A stretch of DNA of 64,000 nt from Eledone cirrhosa (lineage: Eukaryota), in NCBI GenBank assembly GCA_964016885.1, contig OZ024747.1, forward strand, positions 66,030,001-66,094,000, read 5' to 3'. Positions 34,591-49,492 of the stretch are shown here, piece by piece (the first letter of the stretch is position 1; the number at the start of each line of letters is the position of its first letter). The notes beneath the pieces were generated by a model. It was given only the letters and a program-made list of their open reading frames with translations. It was not told the DNA's origin and did no database searches. The position numbers and the translations under genes are program-made.

Positions 34591-34798
34591 TAGGAACGAG
34601 TAGGACCCCGACGGCTGAGCTCAAGCCGTTTCGACGGCTAATTCTGGACTAAAATTTTAGTCCAGAATTAGCCGTCGAAACGGCTTGAGCTCAGCCGTCG
34701 GGGTCCTACTCGTTCCTATTACCCACTCTACTACCCTAAGTATTGAGTACTTTGATGCGTTATGGTCCACCTGGTCCCTTACAACATTTCCTTCGTTA
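34591..34798 (+). mobile_element. Family A copy with perfect 128-bp spacerless palindrome (34591-34718) plus tail
   Basis: Exact reverse complement around AAAA|TTTT at 34654/34655. Confidence 0.92.
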
Positions 34799-35409
34799 TA
34801 TATATATATATATATATATATATACGTTATTCCGGGTTGAATCGGAGGTAACCACAGTAAGTAAGGTACTCAATACATAGCAGAGTATAAAAGTTTTAAT
34901 ATAGATGAGATTCTACAGGACTAGAACTGTTTCATTCATTAGAAATCATCAGGAATCTGGGTATCAAAAAATAAAAATGGTATTTATAGGTCACTACAAG
35001 TGGTAGGAGAGGGTGGGGAGTGGGATGGGTGTAGGTCATTGGTTGATAGAAAAGGGAATTCATTAAAAGCTAATTCAACAAAGCTATAGTTTATTTTTAT
35101 TTATTTATGTTTTTAGAGTAACAAAGGCAGACAGAATTCTATAAACAGGTTCTGGATGGCATACCATTCCTTGTCATTAAGTTTCTCTTAAGCTAACAGA
35201 TGTCTATAAGATCAGTGGGGGGTCAGTAATGGTCGATAGAATTAAAGAAAAGGGAGATTCTTTAAAAGCTAAAATCATTAAGGTTCTACTAAGTGACAAA
35301 GGTTTAGAGAATTCTGTAGACAGATTCAAAATACTGAGTGCATATCTTACAATTATCTTCGAACTTCTCTTAAACTAATCAACTATATGCCAAAAATCAA
35401 CAGGCACAT

Positions 35410-37260
<1,851 letters not shown>

Positions 37261-37411
37261 ATAAATATACGCATATACGCAGGCACACAAAAACACCTCT
37301 ACAGGCAGAAAATGTAGATACGAAAGAGGTACTCACATAACCATAGTGGCAATATTTCAGGTTGAGGAGGGGTGGGGAGGAGGTATAGGGGCCAATAGGG
37401 GGAGGTCGTTT

Positions 37412-38700
37412 TTAGCCATCGGGCTTTAACACTGGCTTAAAGTCTTTGAAAGTTGCAAAGTTCTTGTGCATGCAGTTCGGGCAGTGTTCAGAGAGTTTGT
37501 TCAGTAGCGGGCCCTTGGCGAATAAAATTTCGTAGCTCTCTGAAATACAAAGGTCGCAGCCCTTGTGTCCTCCGTTGTAAGAGCGCGCTTTCTGGAGTAT
37601 TTTCCATTTAAGTGTGAAGGGGTGGAGTTCCTTTTGAGGTCCCAAACGTAGGAGGCGAGTGTTGTCTGATTTGATTTATCCGGTCTTCTGAAGGAGTGGG
37701 TATGGGCATACCAACGGGTCTTAAAGTTGTTGGAGGTCATGCCGATGTAAGTTTTTTTGCAATCCTCGGTGCCTGAGATGACATCGCATTTGTATACGAT
37801 GTCATTTGTGAGGCATTTGTTTTCAAGTGGGCATGCTTCCTTATTTAGGCAATTACATAGAGCCCCAGTCCGGGGATTGGTTTCGGAGGTGGTTGGCTTA
37901 TTTAATTTTTTAGAATTGTGGTTGGCTATATTCCTAGCTAGGTTAGGTGTGGTGGAGTAAGACAGTCTTATTGTGTTCTTATTAAAGATGGTGTGGTACC
38001 TATGTTGTATGGGGAAGTGTAATTTCAGTAAAGTGAAGAAAATCCTGGCTATCGGAGTAGATACCTCTCTATTGAAGGGAGGGTTGTACCAGCTAATCTG
38101 CCTATGTCTATTCCTCCTCTGAAATCTTGCGGTGGTTTCTAGGTAAGTTATCTTATCTTTAAATCCGCTACGGGCGAGGGCGTCATTGTAGTAGGAGGCA
38201 GATGCATTAAAAATATCTTTGTTGGCGGAGAGTCCAGATATTCTAATAGAGACGCTTTTTACTAGGTTATCAGTGATGTTTTGGGGGTGGTTTGAATTAA
38301 CATTAATATATTTAAGGGACTCGTTAGGTTTGTGGTACGGGTAATAGAGGGAAGTATCTAGGTCGAGAGTGACATCTAAGAAGTTGGCCCTAGTCAAATT
38401 AGAATCTATAGTTATACTAAATCCTAGATTAGAGAAGAAAGAGCTTAAGTTTTTCCGAAACCCATCGGTGGTTCTGAGGTTAACCTTATGCAGGGCGAAG
38501 AGGCCGTCGTCTCGGTATAAACCTCCCGTTAGGCCGGTAAAGAGGTTCTTCAGGTTATGTAGGATGTACAGGCCCACAAGGTCGCTAATTTCAGCCGAGT
38601 CACTCGCCCCCATGCTAACGTCAAATGGGGTCTGAGATTTCTTGTTGATCCAGTAAGATCCATCGTGGTATAGAAAGGTCTTACGAGCGTGGAGGATAAT
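37412..38700 (-). pseudogene. PLE reverse transcriptase + GIY-YIG endonuclease, 5' truncated, one frameshift near 37630
   Basis: FDVSMGASDSAEISDLVG, GLYRDDGL, NFLDVTLDL, SNHP, WYNPP, CNC..CP..CL, IVY..TYIGMT..FKTRWYAH, CDLCISE, CMH. Confidence 0.92.
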
Positions 38701-38958
38701 AATGATCTTATAGACATCTGTTAGCTTAAGAGAAACTTAATGACAAGGAATGGTATGCCATCCAGAACCTGTTTATAGAATTCTGTCTGCCTTTGTTACT
38801 CTAAAAACATAAATAAATAAAAATAAACTATAGCTTTGTAGAATTAGCTTTTAATGAATTCCCTTTTCTATCAACCAATGACCTACACCCATCCCACTCC
38901 CCACCCTCTCCTACCACTTGTAGAGACCTATACATACCATTTTTATTTTTTGATACCC

Positions 38959-39010
38959 AGATTCCTGATGATTTCTAATGAATGAAACAGTTCTAGTCCT
39001 GTAGAATCTC
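38959..39010 (+). ncRNA. Type I HHR, family D (mirror copy on - at ~34907-34958)
   Basis: AGATTC-CTGATGA-TTTC-TAAT-GAAT-GAAACAG..CTGTA-GAATCT. Confidence 0.8.
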
Positions 39011-39021
39011 ATCTATATTAA

Positions 39022-39102
<81 letters not shown>

Positions 39103-39249
39103 AATTAAAATACTAGAGTGTGTTGGAGTTACATACCCTCTTCGTATTATAGAAATGACAGTAAAAGTATAACTCAATGTAATTAAACAGAGCCAAAGAA
39201 TTATGAAAATAAACCAAAGAAGCCTTCAATACATCAAAAGTCTTTATTA

Positions 39250-39288
39250 GCCAACAATGTTTCGTCCTATTAAGGACTCATCAGGGCA
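39250..39288 (-). ncRNA. Canonical minimal type I HHR
   Basis: On -: GCC-CTGATGA-GTCC-TTAATA-GGAC-GAAAC-ATT-GTT-GGC, then AATAAA. Confidence 0.82.
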
Positions 39289-40200
39289 ATTAAAGCTATA
39301 AGAAGCACTATCGGCCAATACAAGCCAAAAAACTCAGAAGAATATGGAGTGTACAAACATTAAAGCATAGGAAAATATCAAGTAAAAATTGCTAAGGAAG
39401 TGAATAATATTTTGAACCATATTACAAATATAGTCCAATGCAGAAACTAAAGCTAAACAAAGGTGGTGATATAGAGCGGGAATTATTGTACAATATATAA
39501 TATAATATAATATAATTGATAATAATAATAATAATATTAAAAGGCCCAATATACATATATATATATATATATATATACATATGTACACACATATACATAT
39601 ATATCAATACACATTTCCATCAATCCAAGCGCAAATTAACCCTTATTAAGAGTTTATATATAAATAATAATAATAATAATAAGAAGAAGAAGAATATAAA
39701 TAAAGATAAAAATAAAGATAAAAATATAATACATATACTATTTACAGTATAAAATGAAGAATAAATGAAGTAAACATATAATATATAATAAAACTATATA
39801 ATTATATAATAGATAATCTCCGGTTAATTTGCACAAACAATATAAATGTTACAACAACACTATAATAACAATATTATAATATAATGGCATATAACTTAAC
39901 AAATCATATAGAGTTACAGACCGGGTGAGAACAAATATTGTACAGAACTAAATTATGTTTGAAAAATTATGTTGGAAAAATATCAAAACCATTGCAAGAA
40001 AAACAGATGGAGGTCAAATTTCTATACAATTGGTGTAAATAAATATTATCCAAATATTACAAAAATTATAAAAATATAAACATATTACAGAATTTACAAA
40101 ATTTAACATAACATAATGGTACATTTAATAATCGGTAAATAATAAAGATCAGTAGTACGTTTACAAAGAGTGGAATGATATAAAACTTCAATATAAAATA

Positions 40201-41152
40201 TAGACATGAAAAATGCGCAAGCTCAAAAGTGCCACAGAATGTTATAATAAACCTTCAAAAGTGTGGGACTAGAGTTGTTGCTAAAAAATATTGTAATCAT
40301 TATATATCGTACATACTGTGGCATCCTTTATAAAAATAGCTTAAACCAACGAAGCCTTTATTTTTACGCTATTTCACTTAGTTAATTCTTAGAGTGTAAC
40401 ATATAAAAATATGATTTACAACTATAAAATAAATTAATTAATATAATAACAGAGCTGCGGAGCTGAAATTTAGGAAATAATGGAGTATCGGATCCTGAGT
40501 TGGAGCCAGTCAATTTTTGGCCGACTCCGCAGCCCTGTATAATACATTTCATATTAAAGTTATTAATAAACCTATTTTACACTGCATGCAAATTACCATG
40601 AGATATTGATATTAGATATAAGACACAGCGCAATATCTACAGCTGTAAAAGTACGAAAGCGAAGTATAATAAGTGGCTTAAGGTAATTCCAATATGAAAG
40701 TTTGTAGTGATAAAAATTTGATAATGCAATACGATTGTTAATATTATAGTTCTATGAAAATGTAACAATAGATAACTAAATTATTTTACTATTAGTATAT
40801 TTAAGAAATTATCATTATAGATTTGATCGTTCATATAAGCATCATATTAAGTTTCAACACAATTATTTTGTTACTATGAGTATATGATAATAATATTACG
40901 TAATTATTTATAGCTGTTATTACATTAAACATAGATGTATTTATTTTTATATGTTACACTCTAAGAATTAACTAAGTGAAATAGCGTAAAAATAAAGGCT
41001 TCGTTGGTTTAAGCTATTTTTATAAAGGATGCCACAGAATGTACGATATATAATGATTACAATATTTTTTAGCAACAACTCTAGTCCCACACTTTTGAAG
41101 GTTTATTATAACATTCTGTGGCACTTTTGAGCTTGCGCATTTTTCATGTCTA
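40201..41152. repeat. Inverted repeat, ~210-bp arms (40201-40410 / 40943-41152), ~530-bp spacer
   Basis: Arms are near-identical reverse complements. Confidence 0.9.
40450..40537. mobile_element. 88-bp hAT-type MITE
   Basis: TIRs CAGAGCTGCGGAG / CTCCGCAGCCCTG; 8-bp flanks TATAATAA / TATAATAC resemble a TSD. Confidence 0.65.
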
Positions 41153-41704
41153 GTTTAATATTTTTTTAAGGCAACGCTTGTAATAACTCTAGTTAAACAG
41201 GATATATATTAATAATAAATTATCGTTGTAATGTAATTAGATTATGTAATTGTTATTATAAATTATCTTATAAATATTAGTGTAAGATGTATAAAAATAT
41301 TTTCAGACTTTTAATATAAACAACTACAAAAAACAATCAATATTAAATCAATATATTATACATAATAGAAAACATAAAATATACAATACAAAAACAAAAT
41401 ATTTACATACAATTGCAATTATCAGTGTATATACATTTTCTTTATATTCCCTGAGCAAATTAATAAGATTTGTTTTTATTGTACATAATTTGATGACTTG
41501 TTGGAGTGTATTAAAAGATAACAACAATTTGTGATTAAATTGTTATCTTAAGCAACTCACTTTTTAATAGTTGTTGGCTGAGCGAAATTGTAAAAGCCTA
41601 TGAGCAAATATAAAAAAAAATACACAAACAACATTTCCTTGTGTTATTACAACATTAGATAAAATAATTGAGCAATGTCGTTATATTTTGCTCTTATTGC
41701 ACAT

Positions 41705-41878
41705 TAATAGTGTTTCTATTTTTCGGCACAAATCCATTACGGCAGTCCATTACTGGTACTTTATTTTATCGAATTAGTAAGTATGAAAGTCGAAGTTAAC
41801 CTCGGCAGGATTTGAACTTAGAATGCAAAGGACCATAACAATACTGCAAAGCATGGTGTCTGACGCTCTACCAATACT
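41705..41878 (-). mobile_element. tRNA-derived SINE, family 2 (diverged)
   Basis: AAGTTAACCTCGGCAGGATTTGAACT. Confidence 0.75.
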
Positions 41879-42346
41879 TGTGTTGAGCTGGTCATTAATT
41901 TATGGTGGTCGTGCGTGGAGTAGAGCAATCGCTAGTTGAAATATTATGAACAAAACATTTTTATTTGCCGAAGAACATATTTTCAATACTGTTTGTGAAT
42001 GTGACGAAGGAAATACATTCTGATATGGAACAGTGTACAAAGTGTGTCTGTGAATAACATAATGTTACCTCATGTTGTTGTCAAGACATAATGGATTTCG
42101 TATATCCAGTTAGAAGATGAAACCTAGCCATCTCGGATTAGTTATATTTCATGCCATGTGTAAACGTGTTTGGGGATAGCAAAATATGCGTGTTTCTTGT
42201 CTGGAAACTTTCTGCTAAACTGATTGGTTTCGTTTTTGGCACTATACAATACTCATCCAACAGATAGCTGTATTGGATCCTTGATTGGTTAATATTTAGG
42301 TGAGGGTGCTTGATGCAGAGTTAGTGCAAAATGGATCAATGAGTGT

Positions 42347-43005
42347 AATAATAATAATGATAATAATAATGAAAATATTGTGTACAATGCTGAGGTGCAC
42401 TACAACTCATCAAAAGTGCATATATAATACATAGGGTAATATAAAAACGTCATGAAAAAAGAACAGTGCATGAGTCATGATATACACATATGTGCATGTG
42501 TATGGAAGGGGGACATCAGGTGTAGTTTTGGTGTATTTCGGAATGTATGATGGTTTTAAAGGATGCAGTGTGTCATCAGCTAACAACTGATGCAGGAAGT
42601 TTGTTCCATCCTTCAGCAACTCTGAGCATGAAGAAATATTTCCTAAAGTCATGGGAGCTGTGTTGTTTTCTGACTTTGTAGGCATGTCCACGTGTTAGAC
42701 ACATGGAGATCAAAAAGGTGTTCGGGGTTGTTGTTGGTCGGATGTTTAATAACTTTGTGGGTGTTTACCAAGTCCATTGCCAGAGGGAAGCAAAATATTC
42801 AGGGTATGGTAGGTGTCTGATGGAGGGTATGCGCTTGGTTGCATGTCTCTGAACAGTTTCCAGGAGGTCAATGTTCTGAGCAAGATAGAGGTTCCAGACT
42901 GATGACGCGAACTCCAAGTGTATTCGTACCATAGATGTATACAGCTTTAAATAGATGGCTGGAGAGCAGCTAATGAAGGTCTTGCTGATTGATGCCAAGT
43001 CAATC
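42347..43005 (-). mobile_element. CR1/L2-group LINE 3' end with (ATT)n tail
   Basis: LYTSMVRIHLEFASSVWN..IDLLETVQRHATKRIP..LPY. Confidence 0.8.
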
Positions 43006-43210
43006 TTAATAAATTGACTGATTTATCTGTTCACTACTGCTAATCCACCGCTGTTTGTACAATTTTTTAGATAATGTCAATTTGAGCTTGAATCATTGGC
43101 GTAATGAAATTTGAAAATATTATAAGCAAATCTTTTTTAAAATACACAGACAACATTTAACTGTATCGTTGCAACATTAGATCTAATAATGGAGCAACAT
43201 TTGTGCAGAA

Positions 43211-43675
43211 TTATTGTTTGTGCAATAAGATATTTGCAGATCTGTACTTGGTCTGCTCTTTAGCCAACTCGGTACGTTTAGAAGCTCTACGCTCGGCTTG
43301 CTTTTGAGATATAATAGCTGAATTTGCAGATCTATACTTGGCCTGCTTGTTTGCCAACTCATACCGTTTTGAACATCTATACTTGGCCTGTTTTTGTGTT
43401 AATTTAGCAAAATTCACAGCTCTATAATCGGCCTGTTTTTGTCTCAACTTCTCCCGATTCCGCATCCGGTAAGCTGTTTTCACATCCAATTTAATACGCC
43501 CATCTAGATTATTAGCACAGGAATGTGAACAAGCTTGTGGGACCGCATCATTGTAAGTATATGAACTGCCTGCAACATCAAGACCCAATTCACAAGTGCA
43601 GCGTTGCTCATTCACATCGGCAGTGGGGACACCAAAATCAGTGACAGGTCTCGATTCACTCGCGAGATACATCAC
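43211..43675 (-). other. 154-aa ORF with a 15-aa basic repeat (KQAKYRSAN..), probably a transposon N-terminal remnant
   Basis: 45-bp periodic unit, ~5 copies; no recognised catalytic motif. Confidence 0.35.
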
Positions 43676-43841
43676 AGCTACACTATATATTTAAATATAT
43701 ATACAGTGATACCTCGCTACTTGGCGGTTCAACTATCGCGGATTCACGATTTCGCGCATTTTTAGAATATATATATGAACACCTAAAATTTTTCATTAAA
43801 TCCATTAAAATATTAATAATAAACACAGTTCTAATCATACG

Positions 43842-43879
<38 letters not shown>

Positions 43880-43882
<3 letters not shown>

Positions 43883-44180
43883 TAAGTAATTAATACCGTA
43901 TAAATGGTACAAAGACTGTTTATGTAAAATGTATTTCTCAACAGAGTATTGAATACTTAGGAGAAATTCAAAACGAAGAGTGATAAAATTTCAAGCAAAG
44001 AGTTTAATTAGGTAATGACTTACAAATTTGTTTCAGTATATAGACAAAGCCTGAAGCGCTAATTATAATAATTAGTTAATAATATTACAAAATATATTAA
44101 TATTATATTAAATATATACTGAAACAAATTTGTAAGTCATTACCTAATTAAACTCTTTGCTTGAAATGTTATCATTCTTC

Positions 44181-44184
<4 letters not shown>
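43880..44184. repeat. Short fold-back: arms ~43972-44042 / 44113-44184 plus ~90-nt extension, in (TA)n
   Basis: Arms contain GAAAC-AAATTT-GTA (HHR-like 3' half). Confidence 0.7.
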
Positions 44185-44255
<71 letters not shown>

Positions 44256-45324
44256 TCTAGTCCTTCGCTCAAGATTAATCTATAAGTTTAGATGTCTGCC
44301 TTCGTTTAAGTAAATATTACAGTAAGATTTTTAATATAAACAACTACAAAAAACAATTAATATTAAAACGAAAAAATTATCAATGATAAAAGAAGCGGAT
44401 GCAACTTTTTTTTTTATAAAGTTATATTCCTGTTTCTTTAAAGAACATTTCATTTTTGTTCTATTGTAGGCGAAATAATGCAATGGTTTAATAGGGAAGA
44501 TATAACTTACCAATTATGTCTCTAACCGTGTAACGCTTTTTAAGTAGATAACTACAATTTAAAATACTAAAGAAATGGAACCAACAATTCAATTTGAAAG
44601 TCGTCTACTTATAGTGACAGTGTATTACTGGTACTTTATTTTATAGACCCCGTAACGATGAAAGGCAAATGCTTAAAATTTAAATTGCCTTAATTCTATC
44701 GTCTGCTGTTTCATTAAAGGGAGATTCTCGACTGTATTTAATTCTATCGTCTACTGTTCCACTAAACAGATATACCTCCACTATCGTCTCTATTTATACA
44801 TTTTAACTCATAACTTATACACATTTGATTTGAAATATTTTATCTAGTCCCCCCTCTCAATATTATGATGATTTCTTTCGAATGAAACAGTTCTAGTCCT
44901 GTAGAAGCCATTTATATATATAATTGAACTGAGTTAAAAATTCACAATATTTATAATTAAATAAGCTCATATATATATGTGTGTATTTATCTGTTTATTG
45001 TATTATATATAATGTGTGTATATACAGGATGTCCCCCAAACATATATACACACTTCAACAGCATTCTAATAACTATTGCCTGTACAGGTAATCAAAGTGT
45101 CAATCGAATGTTAGTTTCGTGTTTTAACAGTACAAATTTACAATACACACATAAAACCAGTGTATATACATACATGAGTGTGTATACACATACATGAATG
45201 TGTATATACAATATATATGTATATATATATAGACACATATATTCACGGTGCAACGGAACATTAAAATATAGATGCGGGAGGGGTGGGGTGTATATATAGG
45301 GGCGCTGGGGATAAAGGAGTGTAA

Positions 45325-45590
45325 AGCGTGTGTAATTGATATATTGAAGGAGAGGAGCGTGCAGCGATAGAGTAACAAATATATAGAGAGGGGGAGAGAT
45401 GGTATTGAAGGGGAGGAGTGCAAAGCGAAAGAGTAAGAGAGATATATATAGAGACGGAACAGATAGAGAGAAACAGGCGTAAGTAACAGTGGAAGAGATA
45501 TATAGAGAGGGGGAAATGTGTTATTGAAGGGGAGGAGTGTAAAGCGAAAGCGTAAGATATATATAGAGAGAGGGGGAATAGTATATATAT
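45325..45590. repeat. Degenerate purine-rich minisatellite (~60-bp unit)
   Basis: Recurrent TATTGAAGGGGAGGAGTG..AAAGCGAAAG..ATATATAGAGAG. Confidence 0.65.
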
Positions 45591-46557
45591 ATATATCAAC
45601 ACTTACTCTGATTGGTTGAAAATTAGCCAATGACATACGATCACCACCACCACGGCTATCCCGGGAAAATTTATGAAGAAGTTAGGCATATATGTTAGAA
45701 CACGAAAAGTGAACATTCTGTTGTTTCACACTTTTCGTGTTCTAACAGATATACATAATTACGTGGTTGGTGGACAGACATTTGTGAAAAAGTGAATGAG
45801 AACCAGACAGAAAACTACGTACGGTAGTATAAATATATAAATAAAATCAACCGGAAATCGAAAAACAAAAACAAAAGTATTTACTTAGGTGTCACATGCA
45901 GTTAAGTAAAAAATTTAGGAAACAAACCCGGATAAATGACTAGAAAACCCCAGTAAATTAATTAATATTGAAAGTATCTAAAATACATAATAAGTCAATA
46001 CAAAATTAGCTATGGTTTAAGTAATCAAAATCTCTAAATTTTAAGATATGACTATAAAAACATCTGGAAAAGAATGAAATATTCAACTATCAGTTGAATA
46101 ATGTTATCTACTAAACAGACTATAAATAGAATTATGGTAGGCCAATGGGGACAGAAAAAAAGAAATGTATGCATGGATACGAAGGAGCATAAAATCATAA
46201 TCAATATACTGTATAATACAATAGAAAGGAGCATAAAAGGGAATAGAATATAATTATAGTATATTTGAAGGGGCGAATGACAAGTGTGTGTGTGTGTGGG
46301 GGGGGGGTTAGTTATCCAAAGAAGAATCCAAATAAAATGAAATAAAATAAAATAATATAAAATAAAATATATAATCAGATATAAACTCTTAAGGTGTTAA
46401 TAGTGAAAATATAATATTTAAGAAGTTAGATATGGTATGGTAGCCAAAAGACTATGAAAGCTAGAATGAAAAGCTGTTAAAACCAATAATAATAATGATG
46501 ATAATGATGGTGGTAAGCAAAATGAACCTAAACTAAAAAGATAAGGGAATATAGCAG

Positions 46558-47656
46558 CTAATGGATACAATTTACACTACTAGAACCTTTAGGTTTATAA
46601 TAAAAGTAAGAATTTGAAATGGCGTGGGGGCAAGAAGAGAATATCTCAGACTTTCTATTAAGTAAGGTTTCCCTAGAGAAAATTATAGAGTGGGTCTCAA
46701 GGATACAGAGATTACAAAATCTAATATGTGTTGAAAGGTTATTAGAGCGTGCTACTATACGCCAATTAAGGCTATATGGTATATTAGCCCCCTTAAGATC
46801 CCAGATATGGTGTGCTAGAGAAGTAGAGTTCTTAAACTTAACATGTTTAAAATTAGAGATATGAGAATTAAACCTAGTCTTAAAAGTGTTAGATGTAGAG
46901 CCTATATATGTGCTATTAGAGGAATTGGTTTTAACTACACAAGCATAAACGATGTTCTTAGAGAGGCAGTTACCGTTCAAAGGGCAGTTAGCACTCACTC
47001 TACAGTTACACTTCCGGGTGCTATTGATCGGCTGAAGTAGTGATGCATCACACGTAGGGTTACTATGAGATAAGGTCTGCTCAGGAGGTAAGGTATTTAT
47101 GGATCTATTCAGACTAGTAGTACGTAGAGAGGAGTATCCATCCCTAATTTTTCCATTGTTAGTGCTAGCTAAATGAGAATTAATATTAGGGGTGGTAGAG
47201 AATGAAAGTTTAATCACATTTTTATTAAAAATACTATGGTATTTATTAGTAGGAGGGAAATTTTTCTCTAAGATAGAAAAGAAAGACCTAGGGATGTTAG
47301 TTAATACTTCCTGATTATATGGCGGGTTAAAATAAGTATTTAGTCTCCTTCTATTTTCATCCTTACCAACTCTACCGTTATCTAATATCCCCTTATTAAG
47401 ATTTGGGTTACTACAAGGACTAGTTAAAACCACATTATTAGAATCAGCCGAAACTCCATTAAGTCTCTTTCTGTTTCTACCATTATTATATCTGCTGCTA
47501 TCTGGAAACATATCAAAAGGATTAGGGCTAATAATAGGATCAGTAGAAACAACTCTATTAGAATTAGATTTAGCAAAAGCATTACCACTGAGTGAGCGCT
47601 CAGAGGGCTCGACTTGATTCCTAGAAGTATTAGATTCCCTATTACGATTCTGGTGG

Positions 47657-47660
<4 letters not shown>
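46558..47660 (-). pseudogene. PLE C-terminal ORF (long S/N-rich linker + GIY-YIG), 5' truncated at (TA)n
   Basis: YFNPPYN, KLSFSTTPN, CNC..CPLNGNCL, IVY..TYIGSTSNTFKTRFNSH, CNLCILE, CPH; frame stays open from 47511 up to ~47660. Confidence 0.88.
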
Positions 47661-47742
<82 letters not shown>

Positions 47743-47747
<5 letters not shown>

Positions 47748-48832
47748 GTAGTTAAGCAAATCAAGACCACAAATTCACATAGAAGACATTAGTGACAGAG
47801 TATCAACATTAAGTGCAGTTTAATATAGAAAGGGGGTAGTAATGTCAGTTTACAATTGTTTCACTACTCCATATAATGTTTCTGGATCAATCGATGGTAA
47901 GAAAGTTATTGATTTGGTGCAGAGAAATATAAGTAACATAGAATAATATTATGGAGCAGATCTTCGGAACTTGGGGAAAGATAATGAGATTATTACTATA
48001 TATAAAGCAGAAATAAAAATAAAAATGAAATAAAGATAAAATGGGAGGGTTACGTGTCCGTAAAGAATCCTCAGATTAGCAACTCCCTAGATGGGGTAGC
48101 TTGGCACTGGAGAATTTCATGTGTATGGTATGAATAAACATTAGATGTCTGTCGAGGCTGAAGGTAACACTGCTGCCTATAACACACCAAAATGGCTTCT
48201 TGTAGGAAAGCTATCTTATTGTATAGAGATGGGTTTCAAGGGAGGTAACTCCTTGGAGAGCCAAGAATCCCACTAGGAGCTGTAACCAAGGTAGGGTAGG
48301 GAGGTAACTTATAGGTGCTTATGTGGTGGACTAATGATGTCATTAATTTGTTAGTTTTAGGGAGGGGCATGACTAATGATAGGCTAAGCTGGGTCGAATA
48401 TTCTGTTGGCGAAGGAACTCGCTCTGCGGTGGTGGCAGTTGATGACCAACTCGTTCCTGTCAGTGATGGGGGGTGGCCTTGACAAAGTTATCTGATAGGC
48501 CTCAGTAAGACAAAAGATCGCAAGAGTTTTTTCTCCCATTAACCGCAGGAGATCTAGCTAAGATATCCCAAGCTATTGAATATTCAATGTTGGCTAGTCT
48601 AAGGTTTTTAATGAGCCTAGTTAGAGAATTTGTGGTCTTGTGATTTGCTTAACTACTGAATATTTCCAGCTCTGTACACCTAACCTCAACATGAATCCCG
48701 TTTTCCAACTGCTTTCCACTGCATATTGCACATCGAGCAGCCGCTTTTAAGCTTTGGCTTCTAACACCGTCACCAATCTCGCCTATCCTACTTCTATCTC
48801 TCTATTTAAGATTGGTTTACTCTTGAACTGTC
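47743..48832. mobile_element. PLE 3' remnant on - (endonuclease C-terminus ~48390-48610, HHR 47847-47971) closed by a short inverted arm plus ~170-nt tail
   Basis: IEYSIAWDILARS..FCLTEAYQI..RNELVINCHH; AGTT-CCGAAGA-TCTGCTCCATA..TATGGAGTAGT-GAAAC-AATT-GTA-AACT; 47743-47773 is inverted at 48626-48662. Confidence 0.8.
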
Positions 48833-48988
48833 TATATATATATATATAAGTTGACGGAACTATTATGGATTTCACTGCTAGTACCGGTTGCATCTCCGCG
48901 TACTCAATAGGTAATGTAAAATTCCAGAGTAGACACATAGTTATTCGCTTCAATACAACACACGTAAATGGGTACCTTCAATCTATAG

Positions 48989-49091
48989 CCGTACTCGAGT
49001 TTCGGTCACACATAATGCAGCAATAGAGTGCACATCATCCACTGCCTGCATTTATTATGCAACAATGCGGTGCATGAGGCTTCATCAACGG
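48989..49091 (-). ncRNA. Type I HHR with long stem II (UUGAUGA core)
   Basis: CCG-TTGATGA..GACC-GAAAC-TCGA-GTA-CGG; palindromic stem III ACTCGAGT. Confidence 0.6.
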
Positions 49092-49291
49092 GTTTCGCCT
49101 AATCAATAACCAGTGGAGCGCATATTAAACAAAAACTCTTGCAAATGCAAGTTACAAGTCGGCGTAGCAGTACACCTTTCCATCTCTCTTAATTTTGAAA
49201 ATCTTGAATGAAACCTATGAAACAGGTAAATTGATATATTATTGTAAATAAACCTTCTTAAGGATTCCAATCGCACTTTTAACTGATGTTC

Positions 49292-49458
<167 letters not shown>

Positions 49459-49492
49459 ACTTTGAACCGCAGGCGTATATTCCAACTATAAT

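Noticed and set aside
43704-43765. Tc1/mariner-like end (TA|CAGTGATACCTCG); similar single ends at ~45024, ~55435 and ~56110
   Set aside because: No matching second TIR could be found.
45688-45753. 24-bp hairpin with GAAAC..GTT loop on minus as an HHR
   Set aside because: The hairpin is real but the CUGANGA core and stem II are absent; at most a deleted remnant.
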